DNA of 64,000 nucleotides from Camelus dromedarius (lineage: Eukaryota): contig NC_087437.1 of assembly GCF_036321535.1 (NCBI RefSeq), positions 48,238,001-48,302,000 on the forward strand, given 5' to 3'. The notes under the pieces are model-generated. The model was not told where the DNA came from, did not search any database, and saw only the letters and a program-made list of their open reading frames with translations. Positions 1-9,772 of this stretch are shown piece after piece (within the stretch, counting starts at the first letter, position 1; each line of letters begins with the position of its first letter). The position numbers and the translations under genes are program-made.

Positions 1-35
1 TAAATTGAGAACATGAATTTATTGTCATAAATAAG

Positions 36-168
36 GAGTGGCCTCAATAAACAATAAGCAACCAGACAAACTACCTAATTATCATCAGAACGATGGACCT
101 AAGATCAATTGCTCCAAGCCAAAGCCTTCTTTCTTGGCAGACATTCTCCATTACATCAACTTATTAAG
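36..168 (+). pseudogene. Candidate exon of a decayed or unannotated DH-PH (RhoGEF, ECT2-like) gene; 5' boundary uncertain
   Basis: Reads ...FLADILHYINLL(R) and ends at the donor AAG|gtatct (169) in phase 2, which matches the exon at 2122. A TTCT duplication at 127-134 looks like a frameshift; removing it gives DQLLQAKAFLADILHYIN. Confidence 0.45.
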
Positions 169-284
169 GTATCTGCAGTTAATTCATTTTGAAGGACTTC
201 ATTATATAGTTCAATTTTATGGCTATGGTTTTAATACCTTCCCTGAAAAATGCCTAGGCTACAGTCATTGAGCCCTGTTCTACG

Positions 285-400
285 GTGGAGTCACAAATGC
301 AGATCTCTGCAGGTGCTGGAGAGTAAAGTAATTGAGTAGAACAGTCTGGGTGAGAAATGTATTTAGCTGGGGAACAAGGCTTCTTTGAGGACAGTCTCAG
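285..400 (+). mobile_element. MER102-like hAT DNA transposon fragment
   Basis: ggagtcacaaatgcagat...gtaaagtaattgagtagaacagtctgggtg resembles the remembered MER102 5' end. Confidence 0.3.
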
Positions 401-986
401 TTTTTAGCAGTTAGGCAATCTGGTGGACATTTCCAATGGTTTCCCTCAATGAATAGTTCCAGTCTTTGAGGGGAATCATATGGCGGTGGACAGTGAAAGC
501 TACTGGATTGGGACATTCAATTTAATTTTCCTGTATCATCAGGTCTCTTGTCCATTTCAATGTAAGCAGCTACCTTTTTCAGAAGTGCTGTATCAGCTTT
601 TTCAGAAATGCTGTGTCAGCTGAGATTGACCTGCAGTCCTCTGAGACCTCTCTCTCAGTTATTTTCCATAGAAGTAGTATGGCAGTGCATGTGCCTGGGC
701 CACAATATAAGACTGTATAAATTTTACTGATTAGCCCAGAATAGTACTTTTCCCTACAGGATCTGGTTCAGCCTATGAGGTATGTTTCACTATCACCGTC
801 TTCAATAATCAATATTATTCAGGATGAGTAATTTCCATTTCCTGTCATCACCTTTCCAGTAATTGAAGGGCATTTTTAACTAAATTGATGGAGAAAGAAA
901 AAACTGAACATACAGTTCACAGGTGTTAATTTGTGGTACAGATTAGGACTACCTGAGAATTGAAATAGTACCAGAAGATATTCCAA

Positions 987-1005
987 ACAACAACAACAAC
1001 AACAA
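987..1005. repeat. (CAA)n microsatellite
   Basis: aacaacaacaacaacaaca. Confidence 0.9.
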
Positions 1006-1039
1006 TAAAACTACCTACTTGAACTTGACTAAAACTAAA

Positions 1040-1907
1040 TTAATCAGTTTTTCTCACATTAAAGCTGATTCTCCCTCCATGTTTCCTATCCCAATGAGTA
1101 GAACTAACATCCTGTTTTCAATCAACATCCCGTTTTCCTGTTCCTTCCCAACTACCTCACTTTTAACAATTCCCACCTTGTCCTGTCAATTTTATCTCAG
1201 TTGATTGTAATTCATCTACTGCCTTTCCTATATTAATGATATCACCATTTAAAAAGGTCCCCGATTGTTCTCCTTTGGTCCATCCTTGTCCCCTGTAATT
1301 TGCTTCCTACATTTGCAGCCAAAGTGACCTTTCCAAGATGCAAATCTGATTATTTCACTTAACCACTTAAATCTTTTCAGTTGTCATCAGGTAAAGGTTC
1401 CATGGCTTAACATGGAGCTTATAAGGTCTGTTAGGATGATGCTGCCTACCTTTCAGTTTCATTTCTTACCACTCCTTTGGACCATTATGAACTATATTCA
1501 GCTTTTCCAATAATGCCTTTCTCTTTCCCTAACGTTTGGTTCTTTGAACAAATTCAAAGAACTTGAATTTGGACTTGTCTTCCACCTGCTCTTAACCTGG
1601 CTAATTTATGAAAATATTTCAAGTCTTATTGGTATATCACTGTGTTGGATGACTTCTCTAATTCCTAATTATGGTTCAGATGCCCCTTCTGTTGTACTAA
1701 CTCCATTGAAGGTATTATACCAAATTGTAATTGTCTGTTTACTTACCTATGTGCAAAACCCCAGTGTGTTAGACAATAAATTCCTGGAGGCTAAAATCGT
1801 ATTTGTTTTATTTGTCTAGCACTTAGTAGAATGGTAGGTGAACAATATGCCTAAATATTTGCTAAATGCTAAACATTCACTGATAAATGAATAAATGAAT
1901 GAATGAA
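1040..1907 (+). mobile_element. LINE-2 3' portion
   Basis: L2 motifs (aatgcaaatctgat..., gcacttagtag...aaatatttg) ending in an (AATG)n tail at ~1885-1907. Confidence 0.75.
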
Positions 1908-2121
1908 CTGGAATAAATCTCGGCTAGGGATATTTATTGGAAGTACAGTCAATCTAGTACCAGACTACGCCAAACCCAGGCAACTGTGGGCTAAAACTAA
2001 TATAAATAACCTTTTACATATATTAAGAAGATTAGAATGTTTTTAACATTTAGCATTGCTAAATAAATATTTGAACTAATATCAAATAAGCATTAATGGC
2101 AAAATTCTTTCTATTAAACAG

Positions 2122-2308
2122 ATGCCATTCATATTGTTATGAACACTTAAACCAAGTGCCAGCAATGTGTGAACCTCCAGGCAGAATGTTGTTGTTAGAT
2201 GAAGTTTCTGCTTGGGAACTAAATTTGACAGGCAGACAACGTGCAAACATGTACAAGCCTGGGTTATGTTCAACAGAAGGAGAAGTGATAAGACTCTTTA
2301 GTTTGTGT
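2122..2308 (+). CDS. Candidate 187-nt coding-type exon (DH-PH linker/PH start-like); may belong to a pseudogene
   Basis: Acceptor ttctttctattaaacag|A and donor TGT|gtaagc. Only one frame is open: (R)CHSYCYEHLNQVPAMCEPPGRMLLLDEVSAWELNLTGRQRANMYKPGLCSTEGEVIRLFSLC. Entry is phase 2. Confidence 0.55.
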
Positions 2309-2394
2309 GTAAGCTTTTTTCCTAATAGGATATGAAATTCACTATTTTAGAGAAATATGTTTAGAAATCTGTTTCACTTGGAATTATGAGGGTT

Positions 2395-3130
2395 AGCAGC
2401 CTGGGCCCAGGAGTCAGACAGGCTTAAGTCCAATACTAGCTTTCCCACCAACCACTTAGAAGAGATGCTGAACCCCAGTTTTAAGTATTCAAAAGATAAC
2501 AATAATAATAACATCTGTCTCTGTGATGGTTAATTTTATGTGTCAACTTTACAGGGCTGTGGGATACTCAGATAGTTGGTCATTATTTCTGGGTGTGTCT
2601 GTGAGGGTGTCTCTGGATGAGATTAGCATTTCTCAGTAGACTGAATAAAGCAGATTGCTTTCTTCAATGCAGGTGAGCAGCACCAAAACTATTGAGGGGC
2701 TGAATAGAACAAACAAGGAGGAAGGGCTAATTTGTTGTCTCTCTTCTTGATTTGGGATGTCCATATTCTCCTTTCTTTGGACATTAAAGCTCCTGGTTCT
2801 CAGGCCTTTGAACCCAGGACTTAAATCAGCAGACCTCCCTGGTTCTCAGGCCTCTGGCCTCAGACTGAATTATACCACTGGCTTCCCTGGCTCTCCAGCT
2901 TGAAAATGGCTTATTGTAAGTCTTCTTGGCCTCCATAACCATATAAGCAAATTCTCATAATAAATCTCCTCTTATGTATCTATACATATCCTATTGGTTC
3001 TGTTTCTCTGGAGAACCCTGACAAATGGTCTAGATTACTGTGAAGATTAAACAAAACTGAATATTTAAAATTCTTGGCATAGTACCTGGTACACAGAAAG
3101 TACTCTCAGCAAATGTTAGATACTATAATT
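2395..3130 (+). mobile_element. MIR interrupted by an MLT2 LTR
   Basis: MIR core (ggagtcagacagg...) at 2395-2520 resumes at ~3030 (gtgaagattaaa...cttggcatagtacctggtacacag). Confidence 0.6.
2522..3023 (+). mobile_element. MLT2 (ERVL) solo LTR
   Basis: Begins tgtgatggttaattttatgtgtcaact and ends cctattggttctgtttctctggagaaccctgac, with AATAAA at ~2959. Confidence 0.9.
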
Positions 3131-3422
3131 CTTTAGTCCAATCCTTCCATTTTACTGATGATGAAATCAAGGTATCAAAGATGTTAAGTGAAATCACCTA
3201 TGGGCTCATAATAAAAGGGAGAAGACTAGAACTAAGATCTTCTGATTCCTCATTCTTTCTGCTATACCTGGTGCCTTTTACATGATTGTTTGAATATAGT
3301 ACATGAATACAAATTAAAGAGGCATCATAACCCATGGTGTCCCAACGTCAATGCTGATATGAAATATAAGTATTATTTAATTTCTGATCTATCTGCCCAC
3401 CTTCTCTGTTAATTATGAGCAG

Positions 3423-3589
3423 TAATAAGGGAAAAAAACATGGAGAATTATATACAAAAATGCCACGATCTGAAGAAAAAAGTGATGACGTGAGAAAGAA
3501 TGTTAGTTCACAGCTAACTTGTTCTTTTATGCTATAAGTATAGTACCAAGGTGGCAAGTATATATTTTATTAAATGTAGTGCCAAGATG
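3423..3589 (+). pseudogene. Possible third, disrupted exon of the same gene
   Basis: Pyrimidine tract ccaccttctctgtt before AG at 3421-3422, and strong donor ATG|gtaagt at 3590. One frame reads NKGKKHGELYTKMPRSEEKSDDVRKNVSSQLTCSFML*. It is not phase-compatible with the previous exon unless there is a frameshift. Confidence 0.25.
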
Positions 3590-4028
3590 GTAAGTATATA
3601 TTTGATATCAGGAACGACCTTCCTGTAGGCAAAGTGTGTGGCAAAATGGAAAAGGGACAATTTAAGAATCAAAAGGAACATTTCTTGTCCATTAATTTTA
3701 TCAGCTAGTAGAGATGTATGAAAGTTTAAATATTTATTCTTCTGATTTTCTAAGGATTTTCTACTTAAAAGTATGTTTTGAAAATGCAAATATCCTAATA
3801 TTAACAAGGATTTGGATCTAAAACCGTTTTTCTTTTTTTCTGACTGAAGTATAGTTGATGTACAATTAAAAATATTTTTTTCTAATGAATGGACACATAT
3901 TAGGTGGGTGAGTTTGTGTAAGTGTTGCCAGGAAGATAGAGATGATTAGCAAAGCATATTTTTAAAATAATATTTCCTGACTCTGCCAATATTCATTCAT
4001 TTATTCATTTTTTTCCAAAATTTATAGG

Positions 4029-4081
4029 ACTGATAAGAACAGATACTACATCTGATCTTAGCCATAAGCCCAAGAGGTGAT
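4029..4081 (-). pseudogene. RNU2: U2 snRNA pseudogene, 3'-truncated (about nt 1-53)
   Basis: Reverse complement ATCACCTCTTGGGCTTATGGCTAAGATCAGATGTAGTATCTGTTCTTATCAGT matches U2 5' ATCGCTTCTCGGCCTTTTGGCTAAGATCAAGTGTAGTATCTGTTCTTATCAGT and includes the GTAGTA branch-site recognition sequence. Confidence 0.92.
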
Positions 4082-5242
4082 ACACTTTCATATTCAGCCA
4101 GGACTAAATTATTTGTTTTGGACTTAACTCTTCTGACATAAACAACTGTAAAACTGGAAAAAATGAGGTAACTGTTTTGAGGAACTGGTAAACAGGCAGT
4201 GCAGAACTGTGACCCTTGAGAGGAGGGAAACACATGTAATGAGCTCCATGTTAACCCCAGATTTCTGTCCTGAGGCATTTTCCTGCCTGTGGTTCAGGTA
4301 GGTTGACCCAAGCAGAAACCAGAAGTCTGCCTCTGATGAGGCAGGGATCAGTTTAGGGCTGAAGAAATGGCTGGAATTTGTGTAGCAGAGATTGGAAAAT
4401 AAGAGACCTGGGTGTATGAGAAGTACCCACATGTCTGTAGGGTTTTGCTCACATCTTTAAATAAGGGCTGGTCTTGTATAGGGTTAAATCCCTCAAGGGC
4501 CAGCACACAGCAGCTTATGCGAAGGGTTAAGAAATAAATTGATGTAAAAGAGGTCACAGAGTACTGGGAGATGGAGGCCACCCCATCCAGAGTGGAGTGC
4601 ACTTACTGTCTACCTCAAAAATGCAGTAGCAATCCATTAGGGTACGTTTCAATAGAAACAAAAATCCACATCTTAGAGTAAGTAAGCACCATGCAATAGA
4701 ACTAGGGATAAAACTCAAATAGACTCATAGTAACAAAGCGTAAATCAACATAAATTATCCAACTAAGGGAAAGGAAAAGATTTTTAAAAATGTACAGACT
4801 CCTTAACTTGTGAAACAATATCAAGTAACATATCAAGTTACATATAACATATATGTATTGAAGTTTAAGTGGGAGAGGAGATGGAGAACTGAGCAAAAAT
4901 ATATTTTAAGAAGTAACAACCAATTTCCTAAATTTGTTAAAAAAAATCAATCTAGGGATTCAGGAAGTTCACTGGATCCCAAGTAGGGTAAACACAAAGA
5001 AAGCTACACTAGGCACATAATTGTCAAACTGCTGAAAATCAAAGATAAAGAGAAAAATCCTGTAGTCAGAAGTAAAAAGATAAGCTTGGAAACAATGATA
5101 AGAATGACAGCTTAATTCTTACCAGAAAAAAGAGAAGCCATAAACAAGGGCAGGATATCTTCAAAGTAATCAATCAATAACAAAAACTAAATGTAAACCA
5201 GAAATCTATATAAAGTAAAAAAAATGAAATAATTTTTTTATG

Positions 5243-6565
5243 CAGAAATGCACGTGCATACTTATGGTCAATTAATCTATGACAAAGGAGGCAAAAATAT
5301 ACAGTGGAGAAAAGACAGTTTCTTCAGTAAGTGGTACTGGGAAAACTGGACAGCTACATGTGAAAAGATGAAATTAGAGCATTCTCTAACACCATATACA
5401 AAAATAAACTCAAAATGGACTAAAGACCTAGATGTAAGACTGGATACTATAAAATTCTTAGAGGAAAACATAGGCAGAATACTCTTTGACATAAATTGCA
5501 GCAATATTGCTTTCAAACCAGCTCCTAGAGTAATGGAAATAAAAGGAAAGATAAACAAATGAAACCTAATTAAATCTAAAAGCTTTTGCACTGGAAAAGA
5601 AACCATCAACAAAACGAAGAGACAGCATATTAAATGGGAGAAAATATTTGCAAATGATGTCATTGATAGGGGATTAACATCCAACACAGACAAACAGTTC
5701 ATAAAACTGAACATGAACTGAATAGACATTTTTCCAAAAAGGATACTTAGATAGCCAACAGGCACATGAAAAATGCTCAACATTGCTACTCATCAGGGAA
5801 ATGCAAATCAAAACCACAATGAGATATCACCTCACACCTATTAGAACAGCTATCTTTAAAAAGAATACAAATAACAAATATTGGCAAGAATGTGGAGAAA
5901 AGGAACCCCCCTACATTGTTGGTGGGAATGTAAATTGGTGCAGCCACTGTGGAAAACAGTATGGAGGTTTCTCAAAAAATTAAAAACAGAAGTACCATAT
6001 GACCCAGAAATTCCACTTCTTGATATATATCCAAAAACCCCCCCCACTAATTTGGAAAGATACATGCACCTCAATGTTCATAGAAGCATTATTTACAATT
6101 GCCAAGATATGGCAGCAGTCTAAGGGTCTATCAGCAGATGAATGGGTAAAGAAGATGTGGTATATAAATATACAATGGAATACTAATCAGCCATAAAAAA
6201 GAATGAAATTTTGCCATGTGCACAAACACAGATGGACTTGGAGGGCATTTTGCTAAGTGAAATAAGTCAGAGAAAGACAACTACTGTATATATTCTACCC
6301 ATATGTAGAATCTAAAAAATACAACAAATTAGTGAATATAACAAAAAAGAAGCAGACTCACAGATATAGAGAACAGGCTAGTGGTTACCAGCGGGGGTGG
6401 GGCTGTGGTATTGGGATCGGGGAGTGAGAGGCACAAACTATTGAGTGTAAGATAGGCACAAAAGTGTATTGTACAACACAGGGAATATAGCCAATATTTT
6501 AAAATAACTAAATGGGAAATAACCTTTCAAAATTGTATAACATTTTTTTAAAATTAAAAAAAAAA
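5243..6565 (+). mobile_element. Younger 5'-truncated LINE-1 (ORF2 C-terminus, 3'UTR, polyA) nested in the old L1
   Basis: ORFs 5248-5562, 5783-5983, 5881-6123 and 5999-6196 translate to the L1 ORF2p C-terminus (GQLIYDKGGKNIQWRKDS..., [20 protein letters not shown]); A-tail at ~6551-6565. Confidence 0.95.
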
Positions 6566-7881
6566 GTTTTGTGCTACTTAAAATGCTGAAAGAGTTTTTT
6601 TCAGGTTAAACAAATAGAAAAGAACATAATATGAGAACTGAAATCTGCAGAAAGGAATGAAGAACACTGGAAGTGATAACAATTTAGGTAGATGTGAAAA
6701 AACTACCTTTTCTGTTTCTTGATTTTTCTAAAACACAACTGAGAGTTTAAGACAAATATACCACATTTCCTATGTGACTTATAATACATGTAGAAGGAAA
6801 ATATATGACAACAATAGCACAAAGGATGGGACAAAGGTAAATGAAACTATGCAACATGCTGTTTCCAGATTCTAATATTTAATCTGAAGTGCTACAATAT
6901 TATTTTAAAGAGGCAACAATAAGTAAAGGATAAATATTATAATTACTTGGACAACTATCAAAATATTAATGAGATATACAACTAAAAAGTCAATAGGCAA
7001 AATAATATAGAATACTAAAATATTCAGTTAATCCAAAAGAAGGGAAACAAGAAGAAGCAAGGGACAAAAATCAGAGTGGACAATTAGAAACCAACCATAT
7101 CAGTAATTACACTAAATGAAAATGGACTGACCACCTTATCTTAAAGGCAGGGATTGTCAGATTGCATATAAAAACACAAGACTCAAGTATGTGCTATCTT
7201 AAAATATGTGTTCCAAATTTAAAGACTTGGATAGAACTAAAAGGTAAAATAAATATGCCATACAAACACTAACTTATTCATAATTAAAAACTCTCAGAAA
7301 ACTAGGAATAGAAGAAAATTTCCTTAGTATCATAAATAGTATTTACTAAAAACCTATAATAAACATTATACCTAATGATAATATATTGAGTGCTTTCCCT
7401 ATAAAACTGAGAACAAATAGGCAAGGGTATCAGTTCTCAGTTATTTTGGACATTGTACCAGATGTCCTACTCAGTGCAACAAGGCAAGAAAAAAAGGCAT
7501 GTAAGTAGAAAAGAGGAAGTAAATTTATCTTTAGTTGCAAATGACATGACTGGATTTGTAGAAATCCTAAGAAATCTGAAAAAAATTATTAGAACTAATT
7601 AATATTTTAGGGAAAGATTTCAGTTCAATCTTGTTCAATATAAAGAAATCTTGAAAAAGAAAAAACAGGGTTGAAGCACTTTCTACTACCTGATTTTAAA
7701 ATAACAAAAACTATGGTATTGGTGTATTGTAATATTGGTGTAATAAGACAAGTAGATCATGTGAACAGCACAGATAGTCCAGGAAAAAATTCACATGTAT
7801 ACAATACAATAATTAATTTTTGAAAAAAGGTGCCAAAATAATTCAATGGTGAAAGGATGATGCTAGGACAATTGTATAAAT

Positions 7882-8083
7882 CAGTGGTTCTCAACCACAG
7901 GCAATTTTGCTTCCCAACCCTGACCTTCAGCAATGTCTGGGCACATTTTTGATTACCACAACTGAGTAGGGGCACTGCTGGCATCTAGTGGGTAGAGGCC
8001 AGGAATGCTGCTAAACACCTATGATGAATAGGACATCCTCCCACACAAAGTATTTTCTGACCCAAAGTCTCAGAGAAATCCTG
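7882..8083 (+). mobile_element. MER20 (hAT-Charlie)
   Basis: Terminus cagtggttctcaacc and diagnostic core tgctggcatctagtgggtagaggccaggaatgctgctaaaca. Confidence 0.9.
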
Positions 8084-9439
8084 GAATAAAGGTATGAAAA
8101 GAAAAAGAAACCTTCATTTCTACCCCAAACTATGTACAAAAATAATCTGAAAAGACTCCAAGACCTAAATTTAATAGTTGAACTGTAAAGTATATGGAAT
8201 AAAACATAGGAGACTACCCCTATGACATTAGGACAGGCAGATTTCTAATCAGAAAGAAAAAAGAAGCACTAATCATAAAAAAAAAAAATGATGAATTAGT
8301 TCTCATCAAAACAAAAAATTCTTCCCATCCAAAGTTAGTAATAAGATGGAGCAAGGCAGATATACAGATTGTGAGAAAACACTTGTAATATATAAGTACA
8401 ACAAAGGATAGGTGTCCATAATATAAAAATCAATAATGATGACAACTCAATAAAAATGTCCAAGTACTTAAAAAGACATTTGACAAAAGAGCATACTGAA
8501 TGGACAATAAGCAACATAACTCTCATCAGGGAAATGCAAATTAAAACCATGAGCTATCACTATACAATCACCAAAATGGCTAAAATTAAAATAAGACTAA
8601 TAGTATCATGACAAAGATGCTTATTTCATGACAAATGGAATACCTGGCATAATAGGTAGGAGTATAAAATGGTACAACCACTTTGGAAGATGGTTGGTAG
8701 TTTTTTAAATAAACACCTACCTAGCAATTTCACTCCTAGGTATTTACTCAAGAGACATGAAAACATTTGGCCAAAAAAAAAAAAAAAGAAAGAAAGAAAG
8801 AAAAATCATGTACAAGTATGTTTATAGACACTTTATTCATAATTGCTAATAACTGAAGATCACCCAAATGTCCATCAACAGAAAGTTGTAGGTATTGATA
8901 CAATGGAATAGTACTTATCAATAAATAAAGAATGAACTTCTGATGCACACAAAAATATGAATACAACTCATATTAAGTGAAAGAACATAGCAAAGTACAT
9001 ACTGAGTAATTCCAATTATATAAAGTTTAAGAAAGTTACAACTAATCTATGGGGATAGAAATAAGAACAGTGTTTGCCAACATGGGAGTGCATAGTGACT
9101 AGAATTGGGCACAAGGAACTTTCTAGGATCATGCAAATGCTCTGTATCTCAGTTTTTGCTGTCTTCTACATTTCTCTTTGATTCTTTTTCTTGACTGTAT
9201 TACCTCTACCTTTCAGTGAAAGATATTAAAATTATATTTTTCAACTAAAATTCTCTCTCCCTTTCCTTTGCTTTTGATAAGTTTAAATGGATAACTTTTT
9301 TTGTATGTACATTATGGTGGAGATACAGTGTTCCTTCCACCTGATCCTGATTCCTGTTAAGATGCTTCTAATCTAGGTTGCCCAATTATTAGAGTATCTT
9401 TTAAGCCTGTAACACACACAGTCTGTGTGTGCTTAAAGC

Positions 9440-9772
9440 AGGGCTAACGTTTTTGCAGAGTTTGCTACAGATGCTGGGAGGGAGAGGACCTCATTCCTTC
9501 TGAGATCACACACAAAGATGACATGAGGCTGGAGCTGGGTAGGGGCAACAATTTTTGCCTCCACTTAGAAGGGACCTGTGGTGAATAAAGTTACCAAAGA
9601 GGAAAGCAGGGCGGAGAGAATGAGATGTTGGATGACATCTTGCATCCAGTCTGCTCCTAGACTTTTTTGTTATGTGAGCCATTAAACAGTGCCTACTCTC
9701 ATTTTAAAATTTTTACATAAGCTAGTATGAGGAGCTTGTGCCTTTGGCAACCAAAGGAGACCTGACTAATAC
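9440..9772 (+). mobile_element. MaLR (MLT1-type) LTR remnant
   Basis: 3' end gttatgtgagccattaaa...ttggcaaccaaaggagacctgactaataca. Confidence 0.55.

Larger units (their letters stand above)
4085..9150 (+). mobile_element. Old LINE-1 (L1M-type 5'UTR, ORF1, ORF2 fragments and 3' end), fragmented, hosting younger insertions
   Basis: ORF1 motifs (gtcaaactgctgaaaatcaaagataaagagaaaatc), ORF2 remnants at 7080-8600, and an L1ME-like 3'UTR at 8700-9150. Confidence 0.8.

Noticed and set aside
5248..6196. Cluster of ORFs with recognisable protein sequence
   Set aside because: These are frameshifted LINE-1 ORF2p C-terminal fragments and their antisense ORFs, not a host gene.
9413..9431. Palindrome cacacacag-t-ctgtgtgtg (and agcactca-t-tgagtgct at ~36280)
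   Set aside because: These are short stems built from a CA/TG microsatellite or a MIR remnant, expected by chance in 64 kb.
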